Shown: piece after piece, positions 27,551 through 41,719 of the stretch
How the letters are laid out: the number at the start of each line of letters is the position of its first letter
Position numbering within the stretch: the first letter of the stretch is position 1
NCBI GenBank assembly: GCA_964016885.1
Contig: OZ024740.1
Location: 29,078,001-29,142,000 of the forward strand
Direction: 5' to 3'
Source: Eledone cirrhosa
Taxonomy: Eukaryota
Length of the DNA stretch: 64,000 nt
Notes under the pieces: model-generated
Databases searched by the model: none
Told to the model about the DNA's origin: nothing
The model's input: the letters and a program-made list of their open reading frames with translations, nothing else
Program-made: the position numbers and the translations under genes

Positions 27551-30050
27551 AGAATAGATACCCGTAGATAAGTCTAATGTTATATCAAGGAAATTAACTA
27601 CTTTACTTGTGTTTTCAAATGTAATATCTAGACTATAATAGTCTTTGAGGAAAGTTCTAATAAGTTTTTTATTTTTTTCAATTTCTGATAGGCTAAGGTT
27701 ATTGGAAAGAAGACAGTCGTCACGATATAAACCACCTTTAAGGTGGGGAAAAGAAGCATTTATGTTAAATAGAAGAAAGAGGCCCACAAGATCGGTAATT
27801 TGGGCAGAATCTACCACCTTACCATAAACCTAACCAAAACTTACATTACATACACTCACAATCTAATCACCCTAAATCTATCCTTAAAAACCTAGCATAT
27901 AATATCTCACTCAGAATTTCTAACCTTTCGTCTAACCAGGATGTATTTGATAAAAATGCGACCTTTTATAACGAAGCTTTAGCTAGAAGTGGCCACAAAA
28001 ACAAATTAGTATATATACCTTGTACCAATAACACTACAAACATACAACCCAATATTACCAACAAACAAATGAAATATACACACCTAAATGCCACTCACAC
28101 TATACCCACAAATACCAACATAAAACTTAATTTCTCTAGCTCTTCTAATATACAATATAGTAACTTTCAAAAAACTATTCATCCTAATACTCCAATATAT
28201 GTTAATAATAAAATTCCTAATAAACAGGCTAAAACACCTAAATCAATGAATCTAACTAAAAATATGTGTAATAAAATCATTAACAATAATTCTCTTAATA
28301 AACATCAGGATACATCCTATAAAAATAATAAACAACATCGAAACCGTAATAGACGAGTTACTTGGTATAATGCTCCATTTAATCTACAAATTAAAGATAT
28401 ATACCTAAAAAAATTGTTTACTATCCTAGAGAAAAACTTCCCGCCAAACCACAAATACCATCAAATTTTAAATAGATCAACGGTTAAATTCTCCTACTCA
28501 ACAACCAAAATCATACAACAAAATATAAGTGCCTATAATGCATATAAATGTAAAAAAAAACATGAATATACCACCAATACATCAAACTAACCATAATACT
28601 AAAATAAACCACAGCAAACCACCATCTCATTCACATACAACAAGTCGTGAAAATTCCACATCTAATTTGACTATCTCCTCTGATATAGCATTCGTGAAAG
28701 GTTGTAACTGTAGAAACAAAGCAAATTGCCCATTAAAAGGAAATTGCCTTATTAATAACATAGTATATAAATGTAAAGTTAACACTAAGGACTCAATTTA
28801 TTCATATATAGGAGCTACTTCTAACCAATTTAAAGTAAGATTTAATACCCACAAACACAGTTTTTAAAATGCCGCATTAGTTAATACAACATCTTCAGCT
28901 GAAATAATTAATAATTATAGAAAGAGGAATATAGATTATGACCTGACCTGGAGTGTGCTCAAAAGGGCCACCCCTTATCAAAATAATAGATATGAATGTA
29001 GATTATGTTCCCAGGAACTTTTTGAAATAATGAAATCTAAGGATATCCTATTAAATAAACGACAAGAATTAATTATATCATGTAATCATAAACTGAGAAG
29101 AACTTTTAAATACTATAAACCTAATTAATATACACTTTAGAAATTATTATAATAACACATTTGTTTAAATTAGTTAACCTATAATTAATATTCTACTACT
29201 AATGAACTGCATAATTTTATTTCCCTTTTACAGCTATATTTTCCTAAAATTTATACCATTAAGTATACATGTAAACTATTTTAATTTCAGGTTAAGATTC
29301 TGTTCCTTATAATCTATATAAATTTGTTATTCCTCACTAATAAATTTAAACCCCCCACCTCAATAATTATTATTATTATTATTTTTTTATTTTCCCTTCG
29401 TTTTTAACAGCACTCTTCAATTACATCTAACTCTTATTTATCATATCTATATGAATTCATATAAATTTATCAATATAAATATACCTATCAATTTAATTAA
29501 TTTATTTTCTTTTTATAGATGTAAACTCCGTATATTTTAAATAAGATTGATATTTTTCACTAACACATTTATCGTAAAATTGTATTCTCCTTACATTGAG
29601 ATTATTCTTTTATAACATCAATTTTTCGTGTACCTTTTACCTACTTGACCTATTTTCACCCCTAAAATAATCTTTTCATTCATCATACTCTTTCCATTCA
29701 AAACTGAAATCTGCCTTCCTCTACCCCTAAATTAAAGTTCTATTACTACTATTTTACCATCTTGACCATTTACTACCTTTCTATTGGTCAATTCAAAACC
29801 TGTTCTCAAACAGACCTATTATATTAAATATTTGTTGGGTTTTTTCAATAAACAAATATCATTATTTCTGAAGACAGCATATATATGTGTAGGTATGTAT
29901 ATTCCCTCTGATAGTTTGTAAAAATTTTACATAGATCTATATGATATACATACTAGCACAAACATATATATCGTAGAAACGATCGTAAAATGCTGAATTT
30001 TTTAATATAAGGCACTGTTTCTTTGTTTTTATTCATTATTTTTATTAATT
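27551..30050 (+). mobile_element. Penelope-like element (Penelope/Poseidon-type) with inverted 5' segment
   Basis: 27551-27817 on minus: GLYRDD...VNFLDITLDLSTGIYS; plus strand from 27817: PYHKPN...HSQSNHP, WYNAPF, CNCRNKANCPL, YIGATSNQFKVRFNTHK. Confidence 0.9.
29860..29995 (+). ncRNA. Hammerhead ribozyme with extended (~100-nt) stem II
   Basis: CATTATTT-CTGAAGA-[long imperfect hairpin]-GAAA-CGATCG-TA-AAATGCTG. Confidence 0.7.
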
Positions 30051-30119
<69 letters not shown>

Positions 30120-30241
30120 GAGTGTGTGTATATATATATATATTTATATATATATATAATAAAAATATATATACATATATAGTTATATATGTATATATAT
30201 ATATTTATATATAGTTATATATGTATATATATATATAGTTA

Positions 30242-30280
<39 letters not shown>

Positions 30281-30443
30281 ATATAATAAATATATATATA
30301 CATATATAGTTATATATGTATATATATATATATACATATATAGTTATATATATATATATATATATCTTTGTATATTATATATATATATAAATATATATCT
30401 ATATATATATATATATGTATATATATATGTATATATATATATT

Positions 30444-30475
<32 letters not shown>

Positions 30476-30479
30476 GTAT

Positions 30480-30510
<31 letters not shown>

Positions 30511-30774
30511 GTGTGTATATATATATGTATGTATATATATACATTTGCATACACATACATATACATCTACGTACACACGTGTACACGCAGAAGCAGACAC
30601 AGTTATAGATACACAGAAATACAGAGAGAGAGAGAGGGAGAGAGAGAGGGGGAGAGAGAGAGAGGGAGAGAGAGGGGGAGAGAGAAAGAGAGAGGCAGAG
30701 ACACACTTACACAGACACACAGACAGAGACACACATACACAGACTCACAGACAGAGATAGAGACACACAGAGAG

Positions 30775-30814
<40 letters not shown>

Positions 30815-31208
30815 CATCATCATCATCATCAACGTTTAACGTCCGTGTTCCACGCTTGCATGGGTTTGGACGGGGGTAGTCCCACTTGAGGCAAGAGTGA
30901 TTGTCTTGCTCGCATAGGACTGTCTGGCAGGTTTTCTACAGTTGGATGCCCTTCCTAACACCAACCACATTTACAGTGTGGGTCTGGGAGGTTTTTACCG
31001 TGTTGCCTACACGGCCACATTACAGCGTGGACTGTGTGTTTTTTTGTCGTGACACCTACACGATCTCATTTGTTTCGGCCTCGATGGCGCGGCACCAACA
31101 TAACTTTACATAGAACGGGGTGGTGTGGATGGGGTGGGGGTGGGGGTGGTGGGACGGGGTGTATTTTGTTAGAGATGCCTACTGGCTGGAGTAGGTTTTA
31201 CTATATAT

Positions 31209-34200
31209 TTAGGTAAGGCGGGTCTTCTCTGTTACTGAGTACCGCCAAAGGTCTCGGTCCAGTGACATTGTCTTGGAGAGGTGTAAGTGTGTGATGTCGG
31301 AGTTTATCAGCTCGTCCCAGGTTTTTCTAGGTCTGCCTATTCCGTGACTACCGTCTATCTTTATTGCCCTGCACTTTGTTATACAGCTATCGACTTTCAT
31401 GCGCATCACGTGTCCATACCAACGTAGCCTTCTCTGGAGTAAACAACAACTGATCCCTCTTATCTCTAATTTTTTCCTTAGTTCGTTTATGCTTTGCCGT
31501 TCACGTATATTACTGTTACACATCCAGCGGAGCATGCAAGCTTCGTTCCTCTCTAGTCTGCGTATATCCTCTGCACACAATGCCCAGGTCTCACTGCCAT
31601 GCAGCATTGCTGTTCGTATGCAGGCATCGTACAACCTGCCTTTCATTTTTAGTGAGAACCCTTTAGCAGCTAATAGTGGTATAAGCTCTCTGAACTTTTT
31701 CCAACCAGTTCTGACTCTAGCTACAGTACTTTCAGAGCACCCTCCCCCACTGCTGATTTTATCGCCCAGGTAACGGAAGCTGTCCACTATTTCTATAGAA
31801 CCCTCTGCGCAATTGAAAGAGCTAGTAGTTTGTGGGCACTTGCTGCTACTTATTGCACCAGAGCACCGGCCACATGTAAAATCTATGTTCTTAGTTAGCT
31901 TACCTGTGATCCCACTACATCTTTTATGCACCCATACTTTGCATTTAGGACATAAAATGGAGTTTCTACCTACGCCTTTCCTACACACCGAGCACGACCA
32001 TTTCCCAGAAGGGACCGCCGCCTTGTTTTCTTTCCTACAAACTAGTACTTTGGTCTTAGCCAGGTTAATTTTAAGTCCTTTTGACTCTAGGCCGTGCTTC
32101 CATGTTTGGAATTTCTTCTCTAGCTCGGCCATTGATTCCGCTATGAGTGTCAGGTCGTCTGCGTATAGGAGTTCCCATGGGCAGCCTGTCTTGAACTCCT
32201 CTGTTATAGCCTGAAGGGCAATAATAAATAGTAGTGGGCTGAGAACAGAGCCCTGATGGACGCCAACTTTTACGCTAAACTCTTCACTATATTCGTTGTT
32301 AATTCTAACCTTGCTGACTGTTTCTTTATACATGGCTTGTATAGCCCTCACAAGCCATTCGTCAACGCCTAGTTTTCTAAGAGCCCACCAGATAATGGAG
32401 CGGGGGACTCTGTCGAAGGCTTTCTCCAAGTCGACAAAAGCTAAGTAGAGGGGTTTACCTTTAGCTAGGTACTTCTCCTGTAGTTGTCGTACTATGAAAA
32501 GAGCGTCTGTGGTACTTTTGCCTGACACAAACCCGAACTGCATTTCATCTAGGTCAATTCTCTCTCTGATTAGTTGCGCTATTACTTTTTCCGTGACCTT
32601 CATGACCTGGTCGATTAATTTAATGCCTCTATAGTTACTCCTATCTAGGGCGTCTCCTTTACCCTTATAACAGTTAACGATGATGCTGCTATGCCAGTCC
32701 TTCGGAACAACCCCATTCTGTACGACTTGGTTAACTATGCGGGTGACCATGGTGTGTCCCACCGTGCCAGATGCCTTCAGCATCTCAGCAACTATTTCCG
32801 AAGGCCCAGCCGCCTTACCCGTCTTCATATCCTTGATTGCCTTACTTATTATACTCCCCTCGACTAACACTGCTGGTCCCTCTATTGGGTCGATATGGGG
32901 GAGACTGCCTTTCTCCCAATTATTCTCCTCATTTAGTAGCCTTTCATAGTGACACTTCCAAGCTACCTTCTTATCAGCGTCGGTGATGGCAAGTGTGCCA
33001 TCGTCGTTTAGTACACACTTCTCCCCGACAATATCACGGTTTTCCTTGACGCATTGCCTAGCAATCCTGAACACCTCACGTTTTTGGTCATCGCGTTGTA
33101 GAACATGCTTGAACTTTCTTTCCTCAGCTTCCCTTCTTGCTAAGTACACTTGTCTCCTAGCTTCCCTCCTGGCCACTTGATAGTCCTCTCTACTTCCCCC
33201 ATCCCGCCATACTTTCCAAGCCTGCTTTTTGGCCTTAATTGACCCCTCCACCTTACTGTTCCACCACCATGTTACTCTCCTCCTGCCTACAGGCCTGCTC
33301 CAGCCACAGACTTCGTCTGTCGCCAACAGCAGGTTTGCTTTCAGAAATTCCCACTCTCCCTCTATATTGTCCGACTCTAAATGTTCTTCCTTACTGTCGA
33401 AAGCATCAAGTAATATGCTTTGAAATTTATTCCTGGCTGTGGGGTCCTTTAGCTTCCATATTTTCCTCCTGAGGATAGTCCTCTTCTGTTGTCGAGTACG
33501 TCTCGTCCTGACTATGAGGTCGCTAATTATCAGTCTATGTTGGGAGGTGCATTCTTCATGGGGGAGGGATTTAGTGTTTACAACAGACACTCTGTCACGT
33601 CTTCTGGTAAGGATATAATCTACCTGGCTTGTGTGTTCCCCGGATCTATAGGTGATCAGGTGATTGTCACGTTTTTTGAAGTTAGTGTTACAGATAGTTA
33701 GGTTATTTGCATCACAGAATTCCAGGATTCTGGAGCCTTCCTCATTTCTAGTACCAAACCCATAGCCTCCATGGATTTCGTCGTAGCCGTCACAATGTTG
33801 TCCAACGTGACCATTTAGGTCGCCTGCGATAATTATATAGTCACTGTCGGATATTTGGGAGGTAGTTAGCATCAGTGTCTCATAGAATCTGTCTTTTATA
33901 GTGCCGGGCAGTCCGGATTGGGGTGCGTACGCAGATATTACTGTCACCGTAGTTCTATTGAGGACAAGTCGTATTTTAATTATTCTGTCGTTCACTCTAT
34001 TTACGTCTATTATCTTATCTGCCCACTTTTCTGCTACCATGATTCCTACTCCACCCAGCCCATCGTCGTTTCCCACCCAGAAAAGCTTATAACATCGTTT
34101 TTTACCCTCAATGAACCTAGCAGACCCACCCCTCCACCTGGTCTCTTGAATACAACAAACATCGACCTCCTTACGTTCAAGCATTTCTACAACCTCGTTA

Positions 34201-34379
34201 GCGCGACCCTTTAGGGTGCCTACATTTATGGTACCAACTCTGAAGTTTTGGATTGCGTTTGGGGGTTGGGGGCGGTGGGGGGCGGGGGGCGATGGGGTTA
34301 TGTTAGCCGTCCGCGGTCGAAACAATGAGGAGTGCTCGCATTCTCGTCCAAGAGGTGAATTTGTCTTTATCTTTGGCAT
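31209..34379 (-). CDS. RTE ORF: APE endonuclease + reverse transcriptase with PHD-like insertion (1056 aa, intact)
   Basis: NVGTL, IQETRW, AYAPQ, GDLNGH, DLEKAFDRVP, GVHQGSVLSPLLF, LYADD, FRYLG, RRLRWYGHV, GRPRKTW. Confidence 0.95.
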   Translation of the reverse strand: MPKIKTNSPLGRECEHSSLFRPRTANITPSPPAPHRPQPPNAIQNFRVGTINVGTLKGRANEVVEMLERKEVDVCCIQETRWRGGSARFIEGKKRCYKLFWVGNDDGLGGVGIMVAEKWADKIIDVNRVNDRIIKIRLVLNRTTVTVISAYAPQSGLPGTIKDRFYETLMLTTSQISDSDYIIIAGDLNGHVGQHCDGYDEIHGGYGFGTRNEEGSRILEFCDANNLTICNTNFKKRDNHLITYRSGEHTSQVDYILTRRRDRVSVVNTKSLPHEECTSQHRLIISDLIVRTRRTRQQKRTILRRKIWKLKDPTARNKFQSILLDAFDSKEEHLESDNIEGEWEFLKANLLLATDEVCGWSRPVGRRRVTWWWNSKVEGSIKAKKQAWKVWRDGGSREDYQVARREARRQVYLARREAEERKFKHVLQRDDQKREVFRIARQCVKENRDIVGEKCVLNDDGTLAITDADKKVAWKCHYERLLNEENNWEKGSLPHIDPIEGPAVLVEGSIISKAIKDMKTGKAAGPSEIVAEMLKASGTVGHTMVTRIVNQVVQNGVVPKDWHSSIIVNCYKGKGDALDRSNYRGIKLIDQVMKVTEKVIAQLIRERIDLDEMQFGFVSGKSTTDALFIVRQLQEKYLAKGKPLYLAFVDLEKAFDRVPRSIIWWALRKLGVDEWLVRAIQAMYKETVSKVRINNEYSEEFSVKVGVHQGSVLSPLLFIIALQAITEEFKTGCPWELLYADDLTLIAESMAELEKKFQTWKHGLESKGLKINLAKTKVLVCRKENKAAVPSGKWSCSVCRKGVGRNSILCPKCKVWVHKRCSGITGKLTKNIDFTCGRCSGAISSSKCPQTTSSFNCAEGSIEIVDSFRYLGDKISSGGGCSESTVARVRTGWKKFRELIPLLAAKGFSLKMKGRLYDACIRTAMLHGSETWALCAEDIRRLERNEACMLRWMCNSNIRERQSINELRKKLEIRGISCCLLQRRLRWYGHVMRMKVDSCITKCRAIKIDGSHGIGRPRKTWDELINSDITHLHLSKTMSLDRDLWRYSVTEKTRLT

Positions 34380-34904
34380 TGTCGCTGAGCGTCCAGATTT
34401 TTCTCTCTCTCACCTCCACTCTCCAGGATTCCGCAGTCCATCCATCCATCATATATCGAAAGGCAACCAGGCAAGCGATAGTATAGGCCTCTGGTTTCTG
34501 ATTGGTCCGCGTAATAATACTGGTGATGCGTGGGGGCTCTGTTTTATGATTGGTCCACGTAATAGCAATGGTGGTGCGTGGGGGTGGGAGGGAGGGGTGT
34601 TGGGTAGCTAGCAAGAAGGTAATGATTGAATGGGGTCCTTGCATTTAACAAGCGATTAACAAAAATACAAAATTTGTTCTGTTAAATACGCCCAAAAACT
34701 TTCGTATTTAACAATTAATAGAAACAGAAAATGTAGTTTGTTTTAGCGATAGATTGGCTATTTGGACTTGATACGAAATATGGATTGTTTTGAAAATACG
34801 CTAGAATTAAGATTTGTGGAGGGAGAGAAATGAAATCCGTACATTACGTTACATGAATATCGTGGTTAGACAGCAAGCAATGAAATTTGGCGAAGTGAAT
34901 TCCT

Positions 34905-34981
<77 letters not shown>

Positions 34982-35004
34982 TGGCCACATGATGGCTGTG
35001 TGTG

Positions 35005-35338
35005 TTAGGCGTTTGACCGCCCCGTGCCTTCGAAGAAGGAAGAAGGAAAGGATTTTGTTTTTTTTGTTTTGAAGATACGCTAGAATTAGGGATTGAGGTT
35101 TGAAAATACGTTAGGAATTAAGGTTTGAAAATAGCTAGCAAGAAGGTAATGATTGAATGGGGTCCTTGCATTTAGGCGTTTGACCGCCCCATGCCTTCGA
35201 AGAAGGAAGAAGGAAAGGATTTTGTTTTTTTGTTTTGAAGATACGCTAGAATTAGGGATTGAGGTTTGAAAATACGTTAGGAATTAAGGTTTGAAAATAG
35301 CTAGCAAGAAGGTAATGATTGAATGGGGTCCTTGCATT
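35005..35338. repeat. Tandem duplication, 2 x ~167 bp, at the RTE 5' end
   Basis: Units start TTAGGCGTTTGACCGCCCC at 35005 and 35172; part also matches 34606-34678. Confidence 0.85.
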
Positions 35339-35367
35339 TAACAAGCGATTAACAAAAATACAAAATT

Positions 35368-35442
<75 letters not shown>

Positions 35443-35856
35443 TAAACGGACGGTAGTCCGTTTAGTAATATTGTTGTGGTCATGTTTTCGTTGGCAATCG
35501 TCTGTTTACGACAGTACAGCGCGGCTCTACTTTATTTAACTGTGATAAAACTTATATGAGCATGAATAGTAGATCATTACGCATCTTTTGGCTTAAAAAT
35601 CTAGAAATTTGGTCCAGCGGGAAAAAGTTTATAATGAAAGTTTGCTGATAAATCTTGTGTTCAAGTGAGAGAGTAGTAAGCGTGACGCTAGGGGAGGTAA
35701 TCCAGAAATGACGTAGCTTTGTCATTAAGCCAGTTGCCTCAAATAGATTGCAATTATACTCAAAAGAACTTTAAAATGTCAATCACTTGTCAGTAATTCA
35801 CTATGATCATTTAATTATTAGATAGTTGTTGCTTGCATTGCCTTAACAAATAGTAG

Positions 35857-37025
35857 ACCAGATAGAAAAATGCGAACAGCAAAAAAAAGTAATATTGTTG
35901 GAATATAAACCTTTAAAAATACAGGACAAGAAACTAAAATAAAACTTTAAAAGAATAGGACAAGAAAGTAAGATAAAACTTTAAAAGAATAGGACAAGAA
36001 ACTAAGATAAAACTTTAAAGAATTGGACAAGAAATAAAAAATTTTACAATAATATTAGTGGCAACATTTTTTTATTTGTTTCCTGTGCTATGCCCCAGTA
36101 TCTTCTTGATTAGTGCATACTAATTGTCATGCTCTCATTGTGCGTTGCCCATGAGCGGTTGGTTATGGTTGGGGTTGGTTGGCTGAGCAGTTCTGCTCCG
36201 TCAGAATGACCATTGCAAGAAGAATTGGCCGAGGCAGCTGCAGGTCTCCTCCAAGAATGCACTTCTGGTCCCGCAACACCAGACGAAGATGGAGAAGACG
36301 ACCGGGACAAGATGTCGACTCTGACCACCGACTACGGCACCTCCCTCAACCACCGGTCCTCCCTCCCTCTGTCCCGTCATCCCTCAAGTCCTCCTGCTCC
36401 CCCTTCCTGTACCAGAAAGCTGTGGCACGCATTCATCTGGACTGCCGGACTTGAACTCAAGGACAAGATGCAAGGAGAAGATGGACGGGTTGGTCAACAT
36501 CAAGGATGAGCGGGACGGCAAGACCGTCCGCTGCTGCTCAAGATCTGTGCTCATAGGCCCATGGGTCCATTCACATTATGCATGACACATGAGGCGTGTC
36601 GCCGAATGATGAAATTGGGGTATGGTTATGGCCCAATTGGTGTTCAAACCAGGATCAAATGACCCCCCCCCCCACCGGTCTGACGACGACATCTGAATGT
36701 GGAACGCAGAGCCTATGAATGTGGAACTCGATTTTTTTCCAATAAAAATGTTGCCACTAATATTATTGTAAAATGTTTTATTTCTTGTCCAATTCTTTAA
36801 AGTTTTATCTTAGTTTCTTGTCCTATTCTTTTAAAGTTTTATCTTAGTTTCTTGTCCTATTCTTTTAAAGTTTTATCTTAGTTTCTTGTCCTATTCTTTT
36901 AAAGTTTTATCTTAGTTTCTTGTCCTATTCTTTTAAAGTTTTATCTTAGTTTCTTGTCCTGTATTTTTAAAGGTTTATATTCCAACAATATTACTTTTTT
37001 TTGCTGTACACATTTTTCTATCTGG

Positions 37026-37026
<1 letters not shown>
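35857..37026. mobile_element. Foldback-type element with long modular TIRs
   Basis: TIRs 35857-36072 / 36744-37026 containing 4 vs 6 copies of a 34-bp unit AGGACAAGAAACTAAGATAAAACTTTAAAAGAAT. Confidence 0.8.
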
Positions 37027-37083
<57 letters not shown>

Positions 37084-37206
37084 CATTGAAGCAGCTAGAG
37101 ACAAGATAGAAACTTGCTGTTATACATGTACGACCATTAATCACAATGTTATTTCAGCTATGTTTTGTCTGGTGCTGCTGCTTCGGCTGTGTTTATTGTG
37201 TGTAGC

Positions 37207-37555
37207 ACCTTCAGCCCCCCCCGCTCGGACACCCCGCCTCCCTCTCCCCACTCCACCCGCCACCACCCCTACACGACCCACACACTTCCACCACTTGTTT
37301 ATCTTCATGTTTATTTTTATTTTTATTTTCTTTATTTTTATTTATACCCCTTCCACCATTTGCCCCCCCCCCCTTTTTTTTCTAAATGTCTCTCCTCCAC
37401 TCCCCTACACACCCTCGGAACTCTCTTCCCACCCACTTTTCGCCTGAAGAAGGGCTTATGTCCGAAACGCCCCCCCCCCCCACTCTCAAGAGCGTGAAAC
37501 TGATAAACCTTTGTTCATACAGCCTTTCTGTTTTGTTCCCGTCTCATTTTCACTA
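37207..37555 (+). mobile_element. 3' end of the PLE family found at 44604-47100, with degenerate hammerhead
   Basis: Homologous to the reverse complement of 44604-44985; CTGAAGAAGGGCTTATGTCCGAAACG at 37444. Confidence 0.8.
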
Positions 37556-37564
37556 TATATATAT

Positions 37565-37615
<51 letters not shown>

Positions 37616-37670
37616 TAAACAAATAATGAATAAACAATGAGACAGTTCCTTATATTAAACAAAAAAAGTT

Positions 37671-37820
37671 CATTATTTAACGATCGTTTCTAGGATATAT
37701 ATGTGTTAGAATTGGCATGCATATTCAACAGATCTATGTACAAAATTATACAAAATTATACAAACTATCAAGATTAAATATACATACCAACACATATATA
37801 CGCCGTCTTCAGAAATAATG
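37671..37820 (-). ncRNA. Extended-stem-II hammerhead (mirror of 42351-42500)
   Basis: Reverse-complement copy in left arm. Confidence 0.7.
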
Positions 37821-38451
37821 AAGTATATTTATTGATAATAACAACAATTCAAAATTTCAGGTCCGTTTGGGAACAAAATTGACCAATGAAAATACAAAAG
37901 GTTTAATGCAGTTCGGTGTGTGTATATACATGTAAAACCCTTACACATATTTTACAAAAATGTATGCATAACTTGTATACGCATACTAAAAGGATGGATG
38001 CAAATACAAAATTTCAAGGTTAATGTCTCTGTAAGTTTATAATGCACAGATAAGATGCGTATAGACACACAAATATGAAATAAGTGTATAGATATATTTT
38101 CATACTCACACATATCCGTACAATCACACATACACGCGCGTATATGCCTAAATATACACATAACCACGAACATACAAACACACACACACCCCCACTCACA
38201 TATATATATATGTGGATATAAAATCATAAGCACATGGATATTAATTCACTCACATAAACACTGGCACACACATTTAGATCAAGATACAGAAATTAGGTGG
38301 GAGGGGGGGGAGAGGTCAGTATTCAACGGTCTGGGCAGACTGCTTAATATAGATGTATCTATAAACTAAGAAAATAAAAAATAATAAATAATAAATAAAC
38401 ATTAAAGAGGAAAGAATAGAAAAAGAAAAAAGAAAAAAGAAATATATCAAG

Positions 38452-38525
<74 letters not shown>

Positions 38526-38671
38526 CACACACACACACACATACATATATATACACATATACAAACACGTACATACATATACACACATCCACACTAAGAA
38601 CATACATACACACACATATATAAACATATACATATACACACATACATACATATACACACATACATATAAAT

Positions 38672-38726
<55 letters not shown>

Positions 38727-39299
38727 CATACACACATACATACACATATAATCACACATACTATATAGACACACATATATATACACACATACACGCACAT
38801 ATACAAACACTTACATACTTATATACATACAGATATACACATACATAGCTATATATACACACAAATACATACAGACATACATACATACATACAGACAAAT
38901 ACTTACGCATCTATATATCGGTATATACATACAAACACCACTACACTATCACACAACTCAGACATACAAAGAAAAAGGTATATACCTATACACACATACA
39001 TATACAAATAGAAAAACATATAGATATATATATATATATATACACATATATATATATATATATATATACATATATATACATATATACATATACACATACA
39101 CACACATACACATACATACACATACATACATGTACACACACATAGAAATATATACGCATACACACATACACACATACATATAAAGTCATACACACACATA
39201 CACCAACACGAACATACACATACACATATATAAAGATATATATACACACACACACACACACATACACACACACACATATATATAAAAAATAAATAATAA

Positions 39300-39358
<59 letters not shown>

Positions 39359-39705
39359 TATACATATAAATACATATACATACACACATACATAGACATA
39401 TATGTACATACATACACATACATAGATACATACACACACATACATACATATATATATACACACATAGACATATACATACATACACACACAACTTACATAC
39501 ACACATATATATTCATACATAGAATTAGATATATAATCATACATACATATGCACTTACATATACTCATATATACAAATACATACGCATCCATATATGCGT
39601 ATATACATAGAAACACCACTACAACCTCACCCAACTCAGACATATAAATAAAAATAAAAAGGCATATGCATATACATATATACACGCATTAATAGAGATA
39701 TATAT

Positions 39706-39746
<41 letters not shown>

Positions 39747-39973
39747 CACTTATATATATATATATACATACCCACACACTCATACCACCATAAATACACA
39801 TACAAACACCCACATATACATATATATATACACACACATATATATATATACACACACATAAAAAACAGACATGCTCATATATATTTTTTTACACATATAT
39901 ATACACATACTATATACATATACACACCCTCACATATACACACATACACATAAGTTATATTATAATAATAAAT

Positions 39974-40048
<75 letters not shown>

Positions 40049-40079
40049 GAATATAGACATATATACACACATAGACACC

Positions 40080-40112
<33 letters not shown>

Positions 40113-40308
40113 ATATACACAGACACATATACACACTCACATATATATGTGTGTGCACACACACATATATACACATACACACATATACACATAAACACAT
40201 ATATGTGTATACATGCACACACACACATATATCCACATAGATACGAAGATAGACATATAAATAGAGAGACATACATATATATACACACACACATATACAT
40301 ACATACAT

Positions 40309-40393
<85 letters not shown>

Positions 40394-41452
40394 CACACAT
40401 ACACATACACACACATATACACATGCATATATACACATATACACATACATACACACACACATATATACACACACAATCTTACATTCATATTTGCATGCGC
40501 ATTTATGTATTTTTATATTCAGATATAAATACCCAAACATATATACACCTACCTACATATATATTCATACATACACGCTTACAAACACAGATGATAATAG
40601 TATGGGGGAAAGGGGGTGGGTGGAGAAGGGGATTATAGTAAATATATGTTTCAAGAAACATAGAATATTATCCGTATCTGGATCCAATGTATGTTTTTAC
40701 ATAGTTTCAGTGTTAGGAAATACAATAAACAAGAAATAAGGCAAAATTGATGCATCTCAAAATAAATAAGTATACCATTAATTATATGTTAACTAAACTA
40801 AAGATAGTTAACATATTGATTTCTAAGGTGTAAATTAGTTAGGTTTATAATATTTGAAGCAGAATTTTGAAGTTAAATAGTAGTAGAGTATTAATTATAG
40901 TATAACTAAATTAAAGTTAATAACGTTATGGTATCAATATTAGGAAATGAATTTAGTAATAGGGAAAAAACAAATAAAGTATTACATCGGTAGTAGAATA
41001 TAAATTATAGGTTAACTAAATTAAAAATTATATATTTATTTCTATAGTATATGTTAATTAAGTATATAATAAATAAAACAGATATTGTATTTTATCAATA
41101 GCAGAATATAATTATATGAAAGGGAATTGTCTTGTTAACAACATAGTCTATAAATGTAATGTTAAAACTAAAGATTCTATTTGCTCATATATAGGAGCTA
41201 CCTCTAACAATGTATGTCTGAGTTGTGTGATAGTGTAGTGGTGTTTGTATGTATATACCGATATATAGATGCGTAAGTATTTGTCTGTATGTATGTATGT
41301 ATGTCTGTATGTATTTGTGTGTATATATAGCTATGTATGTGTATATCTGTATGTATATAAGTATGTAAGTGTTTGTATATGTGCGTGTACGTGTGTATAT
41401 ATATGTGTGTCTATATAGTATGTGTGATTATATGTGTATGTATGTGTGTATG

Positions 41453-41515
<63 letters not shown>

Positions 41516-41661
41516 ATTTATATGTATGTGTGTATATGTATGTATGTGTGTATATGTATATGTTTATATATGTGTGTGTATGTATGTTCTTAGTGTGGAT
41601 GTGTGTATATGTATGTATGTGTTTGTATATGTGTATATATATGTATGTGTGTGTGTGTGTG

Positions 41662-41719
<58 letters not shown>

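Larger units (their letters stand above)
30814..35370 (-). mobile_element. RTE-clade LINE, apparently full length
   Basis: (GAT)n 3' tail at 30814-30830, 3' UTR, single long ORF, duplicated 5' segments; (TA)n on both sides; 5' boundary uncertain. Confidence 0.88.

Noticed and set aside
31399-34611. Plus-strand ORFs over the RTE
   Set aside because: Antisense shadows of the long minus-strand ORF
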